A stretch of 64,000 bases of DNA from Macrostomum hystrix (taxonomy: Eukaryota > Animalia > Platyhelminthes). The stretch spans positions 3,968,001 through 4,032,000 of the forward strand of contig CATNEN010000029.1 of NCBI GenBank assembly GCA_950097015.1, given 5' to 3'. The position numbers were made by a program, and so were the translations under genes. The notes under the pieces were generated by a model that saw only the letters and a list, made by a program, of their open reading frames with translations, was not told the origin of the DNA and ran no database searches. Positions 12,735 to 22,772 of this stretch are shown here, piece by piece. Position 1 is the stretch's first letter, and each line of letters starts with the position of its first letter.

Positions 12735-13400
12735 CATAACAGAAGGACATAATGTTTGTACCGTTTTTAAGCGATACACCAATCACCAAACTCATGGCAT
12801 GCATCAACAACAGCTGTCACAAGTGTGGTTGCCTTTCCATTCAAAAGTTGGACTTTTTTCAGTGCGACAACCATGAGTCGAGAATGTTTGACAGAAGCAA
12901 TGAAAATTATGGTGCCGAAGAAGCTTCCAAGATCCCATTGCTCATTAGACTCATCAATGGTTAGACTAAAGTTGCCATTTCCACTGCTTAAGTCTTGAAT
13001 TATTTCTGTTCTTTATGCTTGGGCAATGGCTGGCTTTAACGCAGCAATTTCCCTATCCGGAACCATTTATTGTAAACACCGCTGAGGTCAGAAGTCCTGA
13101 AGGCACGTCATGTTCCGCAAGATGAACAGCATAGCGAAGTTCCGCCTGTACCACCTGCTTTTCGAAAGTTGATTTAGCAGATTCAGAAGTGCTTGATGAC
13201 GCCAGGAAAATATGTTTGTTATAAATGGGCCTAAAATTGAACAGTTGCAATTAATAAAAGAAAAAGAATGATGCTTTGTAGAAAGAAAAAAATCCGTAAT
13301 GCAGAAAAATCCACAGCCTGTAGCATCAGAGGTTCCTGGGGAGTCGGAAATCGAACACCCAACAAGTTGTGAGTCCGACACTCTAAGCGTCACTCTGGTT
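12735..13400 (-). pseudogene. Degenerate hAT-family transposase fragment
   Basis: Minus-strand fragments across frameshifts and stops: BED-like GC..FC..DF..STKH; KQVVQAELRYAVHLAEHDVP; EIIQDLSSGNGNFSLTIDESN (catalytic FSLxxDES motif); NGKATTLVTAVVDACHEFG; NGTNIMS (DG/DNxxxM-like motif). Confidence 0.65.
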
Positions 13401-13788
13401 AACTTGGAAAATTTTCAATATGGAAATTGATTCGTTAAGCCGAATCTACCCTGTACCGAAGCATTGCAACCATTAACTGTACTATAGTAAAGTTCATAAA
13501 ATTGATCAGCATTTTCCATGATGCGAAATCGAAAGTTTCTAAAAAACTTCTTGTTGACTTTCGTGTCTCGTTTTGTAAAAAAGAAAAAAAGGAACAAAAC
13601 AAAAAATGTATGAATACTTTTTTGTCCAAATCTATTCTCCGAGCCCCAAACAATGGCTTGCAACTAGAGAATTTATTTGCGCCAGATGGTCAGATTGCTT
13701 TAATCCTAATTATTCAAGTTTGCCGGCACAGCAAACAGACGGGCACAGACCAGCTCTAACTGAAAGTTCGCAATGAGCTACCCGCCAT

Positions 13789-14523
13789 TCACTTGGCAGC
13801 GCTGGTGCTCTCGCGCATCGACTGGGAGCGGGATCGCTTGCGCTCCGCCTTGCGCTCCCTGGCCTCCTTGGCGCGCTGGCCGATCAGCTTGGCGTATTCG
13901 GCGGCCTCCTCGCGCTTCTTAGTGGCGCGTCGGCGCTTCAGGGCCACGCGGTGACGCTTGCGCTGCAGCACAATGGGCGTCACGAGGCGCTGGATCTTGG
14001 GCGCCTTGGTGCGCTCCGGCTTGCCCTCCTTGGTCTTCTTCTTCTGCCGGATGACGTAGGAGCGGACGTCGTCCTTCTTAGTCAGCTGGAACATGCGGCG
14101 GATGTTGGAGGCGCGCTTGGGTCCCAGACGACGGGGCACGGTGGTGTCAGTGAGGCCGGGAATCTCCTCCGGACCCTTGCGCACAATGACCAAGCTCAGT
14201 ACGGCCAGGTTGGAGTCCACAATGCAGCCGCGGACGGATTTGCGCTTGCGCTCACCGGTGCGCCGGGGCTTGTAGCACGAGTGGCCGGCAGACAGCAGCA
14301 GGCGGACGCGGCCGTTGGTCAGCACGCCCTGCTTCATGGGGAAGCCCTGCTTGTCGTTGCCGCCGCTGATGCGTACAACGTAGCCCTTCCACTCCTCGCC
14401 CAGACTGTCGGCTGGCACCTCGGCTGACATTCGCTTCTCAAAGAACGGCGTCAGCTTTTTTATGTCGTCCACTTCGAAGCATTTCTGCGAGCCCGCAGTC
14501 GGGAAGCTGACGTTGATCTTCAT
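13789..14523 (-). CDS. RPS6: 40S ribosomal protein S6 (eS6), 244 aa, intronless CDS
   Basis: [20 protein letters not shown]...[24 protein letters not shown]...[16 protein letters not shown]...[11 protein letters not shown]: unmistakable eS6. Ser-rich C-terminus [20 protein letters not shown] on the minus strand at 13672-13677. Confidence 0.99.
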   Translation of the reverse strand: MKINVSFPTAGSQKCFEVDDIKKLTPFFEKRMSAEVPADSLGEEWKGYVVRISGGNDKQGFPMKQGVLTNGRVRLLLSAGHSCYKPRRTGERKRKSVRGCIVDSNLAVLSLVIVRKGPEEIPGLTDTTVPRRLGPKRASNIRRMFQLTKKDDVRSYVIRQKKKTKEGKPERTKAPKIQRLVTPIVLQRKRHRVALKRRRATKKREEAAEYAKLIGQRAKEARERKAERKRSRSQSMRESTSAAK

Positions 14524-14532
14524 TTAGTAGGG

Positions 14533-14562
14533 CTGCGGGTGGAGAAAAGAAATTGATTAGAT
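14533..14562 (-). promoter_or_regulatory. 3' splice acceptor 9 nt upstream of the RPS6 ATG (5'UTR intron or trans-splice site)
   Basis: Minus strand CTAATCAATTTCTTTTCTCCACCCGCAG|CCCTACTAAATG: branch point, pyrimidine tract, CAG. Confidence 0.7.
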
Positions 14563-14623
14563 TGACTTCTTAGTGACCGAGAAAATCTTTAGTTCGGACA
14601 GCGTTCGGGTTAAGATAGAAAAT

Positions 14624-14735
14624 TGACAGCTGACAGCTAGATAGACAGCTGACAGCTAGATAGACAGTTGACAGCTAGATAGACATTTGACAGCTAGATA
14701 GACATTTGACAACTAGAAACGAGAGCTAGATAGAA
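14624..14735. repeat. Short tandem repeat, 19-bp unit CTAGATAGACAGCTGACAG, ~5 copies, just upstream of RPS6
   Basis: Direct reading. Confidence 0.85.
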
Positions 14736-14751
14736 TTGACCGATAGAAATA

Positions 14752-14960
14752 CAGCCAGTGTCACAGCCGCAGCTATTGCGCGGCGCCTCTAAAGGCTGTG
14801 TACAGTCGTTCAGTCAGTGGACTAGGAAAGCTGCCACTCTAGCTAACGCTGTTATTTATTTCTTAGCTGGGTGAACTTAACGGAATCGAAAATGAAATGC
14901 CTTGCTATACGAACTCCCGACTTCTAGGTCAGATATCTTTAAGATTTAGCCGCTCGAATA
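14752..14960 (-). mobile_element. SINE copy 2 (diverged; degenerate tRNA-like head)
   Basis: CCAGTGTCACAGCCGCAGCTATTGCGCGGCGCCTCTAAAGGCTG...CAGTCAGTGGACT...AGCTGGGTGAAC; homologous to the other copies. Confidence 0.6.
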
Positions 14961-17148
14961 CAAGCTCCTCGATAAACATGACTATCCCTAAATAACTTTT
15001 TTTTGGAAATTCAAAATCCTAAAAATATGGACTACTAAACAATTTCGACAGTATAAAACAAGAAATGAACACACTGAGAAACATCGTTCTGGCTTATTCT
15101 TGCAAAAACAGCAGACAAAAATAGCAATTATGTAAATATATAGATTTGTTTAAACAGAGAAGAGCAAGCACAAAGTTACAGATGCATTACAGACGCTACA
15201 CTAAGATTCTATTTATAAATATTAATCTGCTTTCTTTCGGTGTAACAAAATTATTTTATTACAGACGGGTAAAAACTGGTTATATGGGGAGATTTCTAAC
15301 TTCTTAAGTAGAGGAATTTCAAAATTTGTATGCAGCATGGCCTTAGTAATAGGCACAGAAAAATAGCATGTGATATGAAGGATTATTATAAATTATGATT
15401 CTCCATATTTGGTAGAGATAGACGAAATAACGCAGGACAGAATAGCTCAGCTTTGCCAGGTCCCCAAATAAGCGCAGTAGAGAGAGACAGGACAATTTGA
15501 AAATTTGAAAAGGTGAGAAGGATTTGAATTAATCTTCTAATTATGTTTTTTCTTTTCTCAGTCTCATTGTTCGATGTCTATGGTTAAAAAGTCATAAAGC
15601 TTCATGGGAAAAGCAATCAAACAATGGCGGGTCATTCTTTGAGAATCCCCGTTTTGTCCATAGTTAAATGAAAGTCTATGGTTCAAATCCAAACCTTATT
15701 AAAGCTTTATAAAAACAAACATTCGATGACTGGTGTGAAAAAAACTATATTTCGGCCATAGACAAGTCTAACAATGAGGCTAAATGAAAGTGAGAAAAAT
15801 CCTAGTCATAAACTGCTAGCAGTGTAACTTAGAAATAAGCTGTCGATTAAGTGTTAGTGTGACTAGGATCAGAGACACCAATTAGAGATTAACAAATAAA
15901 CGAGCAGCTGATTTCACTTTCTTAGTGTCATATACTCGCGGTCGATAAAAAGCACAGGTTTCCCCCGCGATAATTTTCGTATTTGGCCCAGCAAGCACGC
16001 CTTTAGAATAGACAGACAGACCTGCCGCCTTCTCCACTACTCTCTATACCCCCCTACCCATTATCCGTCCGTCACTGCTCTCTCTCTCCTCTCTTTTATT
16101 CACACCAGTCGAACAGCTAGAATTAAAAGCCCAGCTAAGCACGTCCACAATCAAAACTGCAAGCCTAGCTGGTATTGTGTGCGTTCTAAGGCTTACCAAA
16201 ATTAACAAAAAATCAAACGCCAGAGAAGAAAAAATAGAAAGAAAGATACCCGAAGCAAAATGGCTTCAATAGCGAAGCATACTACAATTCTAAGACACAT
16301 CATAGCGTGTCTGGGCTACTGTCCAACGATTTCGTTGATAAGAAGGAACAAAAGGAAGAACATAATTTAGCCTACGGATTAAGGGACAAACAACAATATC
16401 GTATTGCTTTGATTGTATATAAAAAACAAGGAAAGTAAGCTGAAGCACATGGAAACCGCATCTCTTTAAGGCCCCAGCTAAACGGACGGAAATTAGATTT
16501 TAATCGACAAAGGTTTAGCATGATCAAATTTTTAGTTAAAAAAATATTATACAGAACGATACAGAAATTCACGGCCAATAAACCAGCAACCGGGCTGGAA
16601 GGAAAAATAGAAAAAAACTTTACAAGCTAATGATTGGCTAAACATTTTAATAAATAGCACAGACAATTACAAGTTAGGCTAGCTACTGGCACTACTTATA
16701 CTACTTACTCGTGGAAGTAGTGCAGCTAGATGTAGAAAAAAGTCGAAATCTAAATAAATAAACAAATAAGTCAAAGGTGGGGGAATGTCTCTGCTTAGTG
16801 CTCGCGATTAAGAAAATAACTATTTGGACGAATAAATTCGGACTGAGCTAGTTCAGCCCCGGTCAGTTGCTATGCCAGCTTGTGATCGAGGCGAAATCAT
16901 TTGCAAAGAATATAGTAAACTAAATTAATAGAAAAAACTCATTACACAGAAAGTCAAGTTTATAAGAAAGCATAGCACAAAAACTTAAAGTAGAAGACGC
17001 CATTTAAATTTGAATCAGGCGTGTTTTATTAATAGGCAGGGGCAAACAGTTAAGCGCACGGTGACAGACAAACATTCAACGCTAGAATCACAGACGCAGC
17101 TTGCTTCTCATATAAAATAGAGAAAAAATAGGAAAATTAATTTTGCAA

Positions 17149-20100
17149 TCATTTCTTCAGCTGCGGCAGCTTGGACTTCCGGGCCTGACCGCCACCGCCA
17201 CCGCCGCCACCGTCTTCGGCCTTCCTGTTGAGAGCGATCAGCCGCCTGGGATTCTGTTTGCAGCCATCAGCCCCAGTCAGGTGCTCCTTCCAGCCGTCGT
17301 CGCCAGTTGGGAAATTTTCGTGGCACAACGGACAGTGGCTCTGGCCTTCGACAGCGTGGTTGCACAGATTGTCGCTGGGGGGAATTAGAGATTGTGGACG
17401 AAGCATAGTAATGCAGGATTGCATAGAAAAATATTTTTTAAAGATTCTAGATAGAAAAGACAATAATAAAGCCATGAGGGACTAGGAAGACTTTGTTCTG
17501 AAAGAATAGGAAGCATTGTCCTGAAGGAGACATTGTCCTTAAGGATTTAAGAAGAAATTGTGCTGAATGACTAGGGAGACATTGTCCTGAAGGACTAGGA
17601 AGACATTGTCCTGAAGGACTAGGGAGACATTGTCCTGAAGGACTAGGAAGATATTGTACTGAAGGACTAGGAAGACATTGTCCTGAAGGACTGGGAGATA
17701 TTGTCCTGAAGGACTAGGAAGATATTGTACTGAAGGACTAGGAAGACATTGTCCTGAAGGACTGGGAGATATTGTCCTGAAGGACTAGGAAGATATTGTA
17801 CTGAAGGACTAGGAAGACATTGTACTGAAGGACTAGGAAGACATTGTCCTGAAGGATTAGGAAGATATTGTCCTGAAGGACTAGGAAGACATTGTCCTGA
17901 AGGAGTTAGGAAGAAATTGTGCTAAATGACTAGGGAGACGTTGTCCTGAAGGACTGGGCAGACATTTTCCTGACTGACTAGGAAGACATTGTCTTGGAGG
18001 ACTAGGAAGACGTTGTCCTGAAGGAGTTAGGAAGATATTGTCCTGAAAAAGTTAGGAGACATTGTCCTGAAGGAGTTAGGAAGACATTGTCCTGATGGAC
18101 TAGAAAGATTTGAACCTCAAGAGGACTGGAAAGGTAATTCAAAAAGGCAAGAGACTGGCACTCAGGACAAGCTAAAAAAACTAGCAAAAAGAGTGGCTAA
18201 GGTGGGGCCTTACCGGACATGCTGCTCATGCTCCGCAACTGGAATAGCCTCTGTGCAGTATGGACACTTCTTGAAGTCGGCGCAGTGCTCGCACTCGTTT
18301 AACAAATGCTCGGACAGCATGGCTATTTCAACAACCTGCCGACAGGAGGTGCAGCGCTTCAGCATCGGGCAGCTCTTCCAGAAGTGAACCTCCATGCCCT
18401 GCTCAGTAGATCCGCCTTGCACTTTCTCGTCGCAGAAGATGCAAGCCTCGTCGTCTTCCACAGTCAACTTTGGCACCGGCTCGTCTTCAATGTTGCGCGG
18501 CGTCTCCTGCTGCTGCTGGTCTGCGGCCTTCGCTTTGCCTCCGCCTGTTTTCGCTGCCTTCTTGCCAGCGGCCGGCCTAGGTGCCGGAGCAGCCGAGTCC
18601 TGCTGAGCCGGCTGGGACTTCTGCTGCTTCTCCTTGGCCTGCTGCTGCTGGGCGGCCAGCTCGCGCAGCTCCTTCTGCTGACGCTTCAGTTCGTCAATCT
18701 GGCGCTGTTGGGCCTCCTCCTGCTGCTGCTGCTGGGCAGCATGCGGCTGCTTGCCATCCAGACGGTCGAATGTCTCAAACAGTTTCCTATAGAGTGTGTT
18801 CCGCCTAGTTCGCTCATCGTCTGGCGGCAGGTGCGACCTGACTGCCGCCTTGTCCTCTTTCTTATAGAGCTCGATGATGAGCAATTCGGCGCTCTCTCGG
18901 ACATCGCCGTGACGATGATCTAGCGCTTTGACAGCGAATGTCATCAGGCCGTCCAGTGTGACACCGTCAGAAAGGCCGTGCTGCCTGTACAGAGCAGCGG
19001 CTACTTCAACGCGACCAACGCCGAGGCGTTCGTGTGCGGACGGCTTGAATGGCTTCAGGCATTCGTGCGGGACAGCCTGCAGCGGACGCAGGTGAGACCA
19101 CTGGGACATCTCAACAATGTACTGCTTGGAGGCGTCGCGCATTCGAGGCGCAGTGTCGCCAGTCTTCTGCAATAGCCCGGGCACAATACGATCGCAGGCA
19201 TATTGAATCTCCTGGCGTTGAACAGAGTGCCGCTCGGTGAAGTCTGTCAGCAGCAGTTTAGTCAGCGTCTGGGCGGCTCGGAAAACGGAGAAAACTTTGT
19301 CCTGTGAGGAAGTTGAGTCGTGTAAACACTCTTACTATTTAGTAGATCACTCATACTGAATGTAATTGAGTTGTAGTCTAGTTGGGTTTGTAACTTGTAT
19401 AGCCCAGTAGTTAGGGCGTCGGACTCACGACTTGAAGGTCGGGGTTCGATTCCCGATTCCCTGCAGAACCTGCATACTTAGGACAGATAATAGAAATGAC
19501 ACCAAGCCCATTTAAGCAAGATGCACTACCTACACTACCAGTGTTACAGTCGCAGCTGTTGCGCGGCACTTTGCTAAGGCTGCGTACAGCTAGCTGTTCA
19601 GTCCATGGACTGGAGAACCGCTTCACGCTCCATCAACACCTAATACTGGTACCCATTTAACAGCTGTGTGAACTAAAGTACAGAGAATCGAGTTTCCCCC
19701 GGCTGAGATTCGAACCCATGACCCCGTGGTTAAGAGTCCAAAGCTGTAGCGACTAGACTATACAAGCCCCAGTTTAGTGGGGTTATTGTGCTCTAGATAT
19801 TTATTAACAAGTATAATATTGATTGTTTCCGATTGCCATTCGGATTACCTGCACTCCGCGCTGGCAAAGGTAAACGCCGGCTCTGAATACCTGGCGGAAG
19901 TCGCGCTCATCCTGCGGACCCATCTCATTAACCTGCTTATAGGCGTCTAACAGGGCGTCCTCCCGGTGCGACCAGGTCTTGGAGAAGGCTTTAGTGACGA
20001 GTGGAAGGCCGAACATGTCTATCACAGCAGAGGCCTCGCGCATATCCTTCTCGGTTAGATTCTCCGGTTCGCCAGTGATGCCGGCTCCACCGTCGTCATC

Positions 20101-21568
20101 GTCCGGCAGTGGCGTGTGACCGCCGCCATGGGTCTGCTGCTGATGCTTGAGCGCAGGCAGCGGCCTGTCGTCATAATCGGTGGAGTAGGCCACAGCCGGC
20201 CTGTAGGAGCTCTGCGGCGGTGGACTGGGCGATCGTCGAATTGGTTCGAGCAGTGGCGGCGGTGGGCTGGCCCGGCGACCGGGTGGCACCGACGCTGCGG
20301 CGGCTGCTGCAGCGGGAAACGGCGCCCGGCCAGCTAGGAGGCCGGCAACGTCCAGCTCGCGATAGATCTGCAGCCGGTATTCGTCCATCTGGATCTTCTT
20401 CAAATTGGCCCGCTCGTAGTCTTCGTTTTCAACAGCTTGACGCTTTTCAACTTCTAATTTGCCCAGCTTCTCGCCGACCCGCTGCAGCTGCAGTACGGCA
20501 TCGCGGAGACGCTTGGCCAGCTCAAACTGTTCGGCCAGGACGGCGTCGTGCTTGCGAGCCTCCAGTTTGCGGATGACGTCGGCGATTTCGCGATCCTGGA
20601 GAATTAACAAGTGAGAAAATCAGGTGATCTTTAAGTACTGGGTAATAATATAATTGCTTCAATTGAGCCAGTTGAGCAGCCGACAACACAGCCGCAGCTA
20701 CTGAGCGGCGAATCTGAAGGCTGCATACGACTGCTCAGTCCATCGACTGGGGGGACGCCACAGTAGCCCTCATTTACCCCCAACTGATGCTCGTACCCAT
20801 TTAACGACAGGGTGAATTGAAGCAATGCAGAGTTAAGTGTATCACCTAATTATATAGCATAAAGCCTAAAGGACAAAAATAGTTTTTTTTCCGATGCTCT
20901 TATCAAGTACAACAGATAAGAAATAACATATTTGATCTGATTTGATCACATCTGTATGCTGAAATCCCCTTTATAAAGTAATTTTTTACCTGATACATGT
21001 CAAAAGCCAGGTCATCTAACGGAGAGATATAATCTGGGCCGAACACTCGATCGTCAGCCGCTTTGTCAATGCCAGCCCGGCTAACAATGTCCATCGGTGA
21101 ATAGAGCGGATCGCCAATTAAATTGATGGCTACTAGGCCGACCTGGTTATAGAGATTGTGCTTGTTTACATAGTTTTTGTGAATAACCAGCTTTAAATAA
21201 ACGCCAACCGCGTCAACGTGAACGGATTTCAATTCTCGAGCACGAAAGCCGGTCTTCTCATTGTCGGACAGGGCTACGTAGCCTAAACGAGAATAGCGCG
21301 CATTCTGCAGATTATGCGACACACCGTCTGGCACATCGCCGACAAAGAATTCAATCTTGGAAGCTATCAGATATTGATGAGACAGGATTTGCACTTTGCG
21401 AATTCGCGATCTCTGTTCCAGGTAGACAACTAGATCCTGTGGGTACAGACAGAATCTGGAGCTAACCCAGCCGCGAGTGGTTGGCGAATGCCGGTTAAGC
21501 TCAATGGCCGGATAGCCTTCATCCTGGCCGGACACGTGGACAACTCGAATAGGCAGCTTGCTGGGCAT
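17149..21568 (-). CDS. CEP104: Centrosomal protein CEP104 (FAP256), 4 exons, ~879 aa
   Basis: Exons 21568-20990, 20595-19849, 19301-18214, 17374-17149, all GT-AG and phase-compatible (2640 nt). N-terminal jelly-roll (MPSKLPIRVVHVSGQD...RELKSVHVDAVG...NQVGLVAINLIGDP), coiled coil/UVR-like region, TOG/HEAT region (KAFSKTWSHREDAL) and C-terminal C2HC zinc fingers (HFWKSCPMLKRC, HCPLCHENF). AATAAA on the minus strand at 17025-17030. Confidence 0.95.
17479..18105. repeat. Minisatellite, 24-bp unit GACTAGGAAGACATTGTCCTGAAG, ~26 copies, in CEP104 intron 3
   Basis: Direct reading; fills most of the 839-nt intron (17375-18213). Confidence 0.95.
19394..19456 (+). pseudogene. tRNA-derived sequence (SINE head or tRNA pseudogene) in CEP104 intron 2
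   Basis: A-box/D-arm TAGCCCAGTAGTTAGGGC (GCCC/GGGC stem) and B-box GGTTCGATTCC. The acceptor stem cannot form, so it is not a functional tRNA. Confidence 0.6.
19538..19766 (-). mobile_element. SINE copy 3, most complete: tRNA-Lys-like head, CORE-like remnant, hairpin tail
   Basis: Minus strand CTTGTATAGTCTAGTCGCTACAGCTTTGGACTCTTAACCACGGGGTCATGGGTTCGAATC (CTCTTAA loop as in tRNA-Lys-CTT; B-box), then AGTTCACACAGCTGTTAAATGGGTACC and the shared tail. Confidence 0.75.
20685..20845 (-). mobile_element. SINE copy 4 in CEP104 intron 1 (CORE-like domain plus tail; no head)
   Basis: Minus strand ACACTTAACTCTGCATTGCTTCAATTCACCCTGTCGTTAAATGGGTAC plus the shared tail CAGCCGCAGCTACTGAGCGGC (+ strand). 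Confidence 0.7.
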
Positions 21569-22194
21569 TGCAGGCAACTAGGATCTTTAGGCTTTTTTTT
21601 ACACTCTAGATTATCTCCCGGATACAGCCCGCATGCGCTAGGCAGCTGAAGTGGAGGCAGGGGAGATATAACTGATCAATCATTAGAAGAAACAATCTCA
21701 ACTAAACGTTTATGTGCTTTGTCTATTGTAAATGAGTGTACGAAAGCATAGGTATTTTCATTTTCAGCCGTTAGCACATTCCATGCCACCACTCTTTCTC
21801 ACCTCTCCGACCCCTAATTTAGTAAAGACGTTTGACAGCGTGTTGTTAACCGTATCGATTCGGAAAATACCAAGGGAAAGGTTATTTTCAAGTTCCAGTC
21901 TTTATTGTTTCAGTCTTGAAAGGCGAAGACATACGACTCTAATTTTTATTGTTTCATTCGGAGGTGACAATTTTGGCACTTGTGCTATATCATTACTCAA
22001 TTCGTGCATGACTTTATGCTCAGCTGGACTTCACACATCGTCAGGGACTATAAAATGACATAACAAAAATCCAACTAAACTTGCAAATTCCAAGCAGACT
22101 AATCGTTAAATGTAGGAATCACTGGACGTCACTCAACACCAGTGCACATCTCAAGACAACACTGGACCCTGAGGGAGATTTGGCGGTGCATTTG

Positions 22195-22772
22195 TCTGAT
22201 ACAATCCCAAGCCATCGGCCTTTTGACTAAAAGTTGCCACTGCCAGCACATTGTGGTGTCCATCTATCAATGCTCAATGATTCCCTCGCCTGCTTGATGG
22301 TCATCAGGCCCAGCAGCGCAGATTCGGAACGTGTCTAATGTGTCCGAAACAGATAAAATTGCCTTTGCTTTCATCCCAAAACTGCTGAGAAGCTGCTGTT
22401 CATAGAGTCCAACCTGCATGCTTGCTAACTTTCGTGTCAATAGCTTGACACACCATCATCCTGCCCCTTGTGCAACAGTATATGTTGCCCGGTACTCGCA
22501 TTATCACTGACCAGTGGCAGGCATACAACCAACTGCCTAATCATTTGATGATGAACCACCGGCTACACTTTATGGAGCCTAAACACCTAGAAGTCCACAC
22601 AAACACAGTGGAGGGCACATGGGCCCATGCTAAGGCCAGTTTCAGGGCCATGCATGGCACATCCAAGGCCCTGTTCGACACCCACTTGGACGAATTGCTC
22701 TGGCGCCGCTGCCACCCGCGCAACACCTTTGGGAACATCATTTTCTGGGTGGCGCACTATTATGCCATCTGA
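22195..22772 (+). mobile_element. Degenerate, internally deleted Merlin (IS1595/ISXO2-like) DNA transposase
   Basis: ORF 22470..22772 LPLVQQYMLPGTRIITDQWQAYNQL...NHRLHFMEP..LEVHTNTVEGTWAHAK...LDELLWRR matches the ISXO2 C-terminal DDE half (ITD.W.AY, HTN..E..W). Frameshifted Cys-rich remnants upstream (QAIGLLTKSCHCQH, CLMCPKQ). The central EIDES/WVFG block is not found; TIRs not identified. Confidence 0.75.

Noticed and set aside
17479-18105. Hammerhead-ribozyme satellite (CTGAAGGA resembling CUGANGA)
   Set aside because: It does not match CUGANGA, and there is no GAAA or three-stem architecture in the 24-bp unit.
19394-19470. Functional tRNA gene (CAC anticodon)
   Set aside because: The acceptor stem cannot pair, the anticodon stem is weak and the T-loop is shifted; treated as tRNA-derived.
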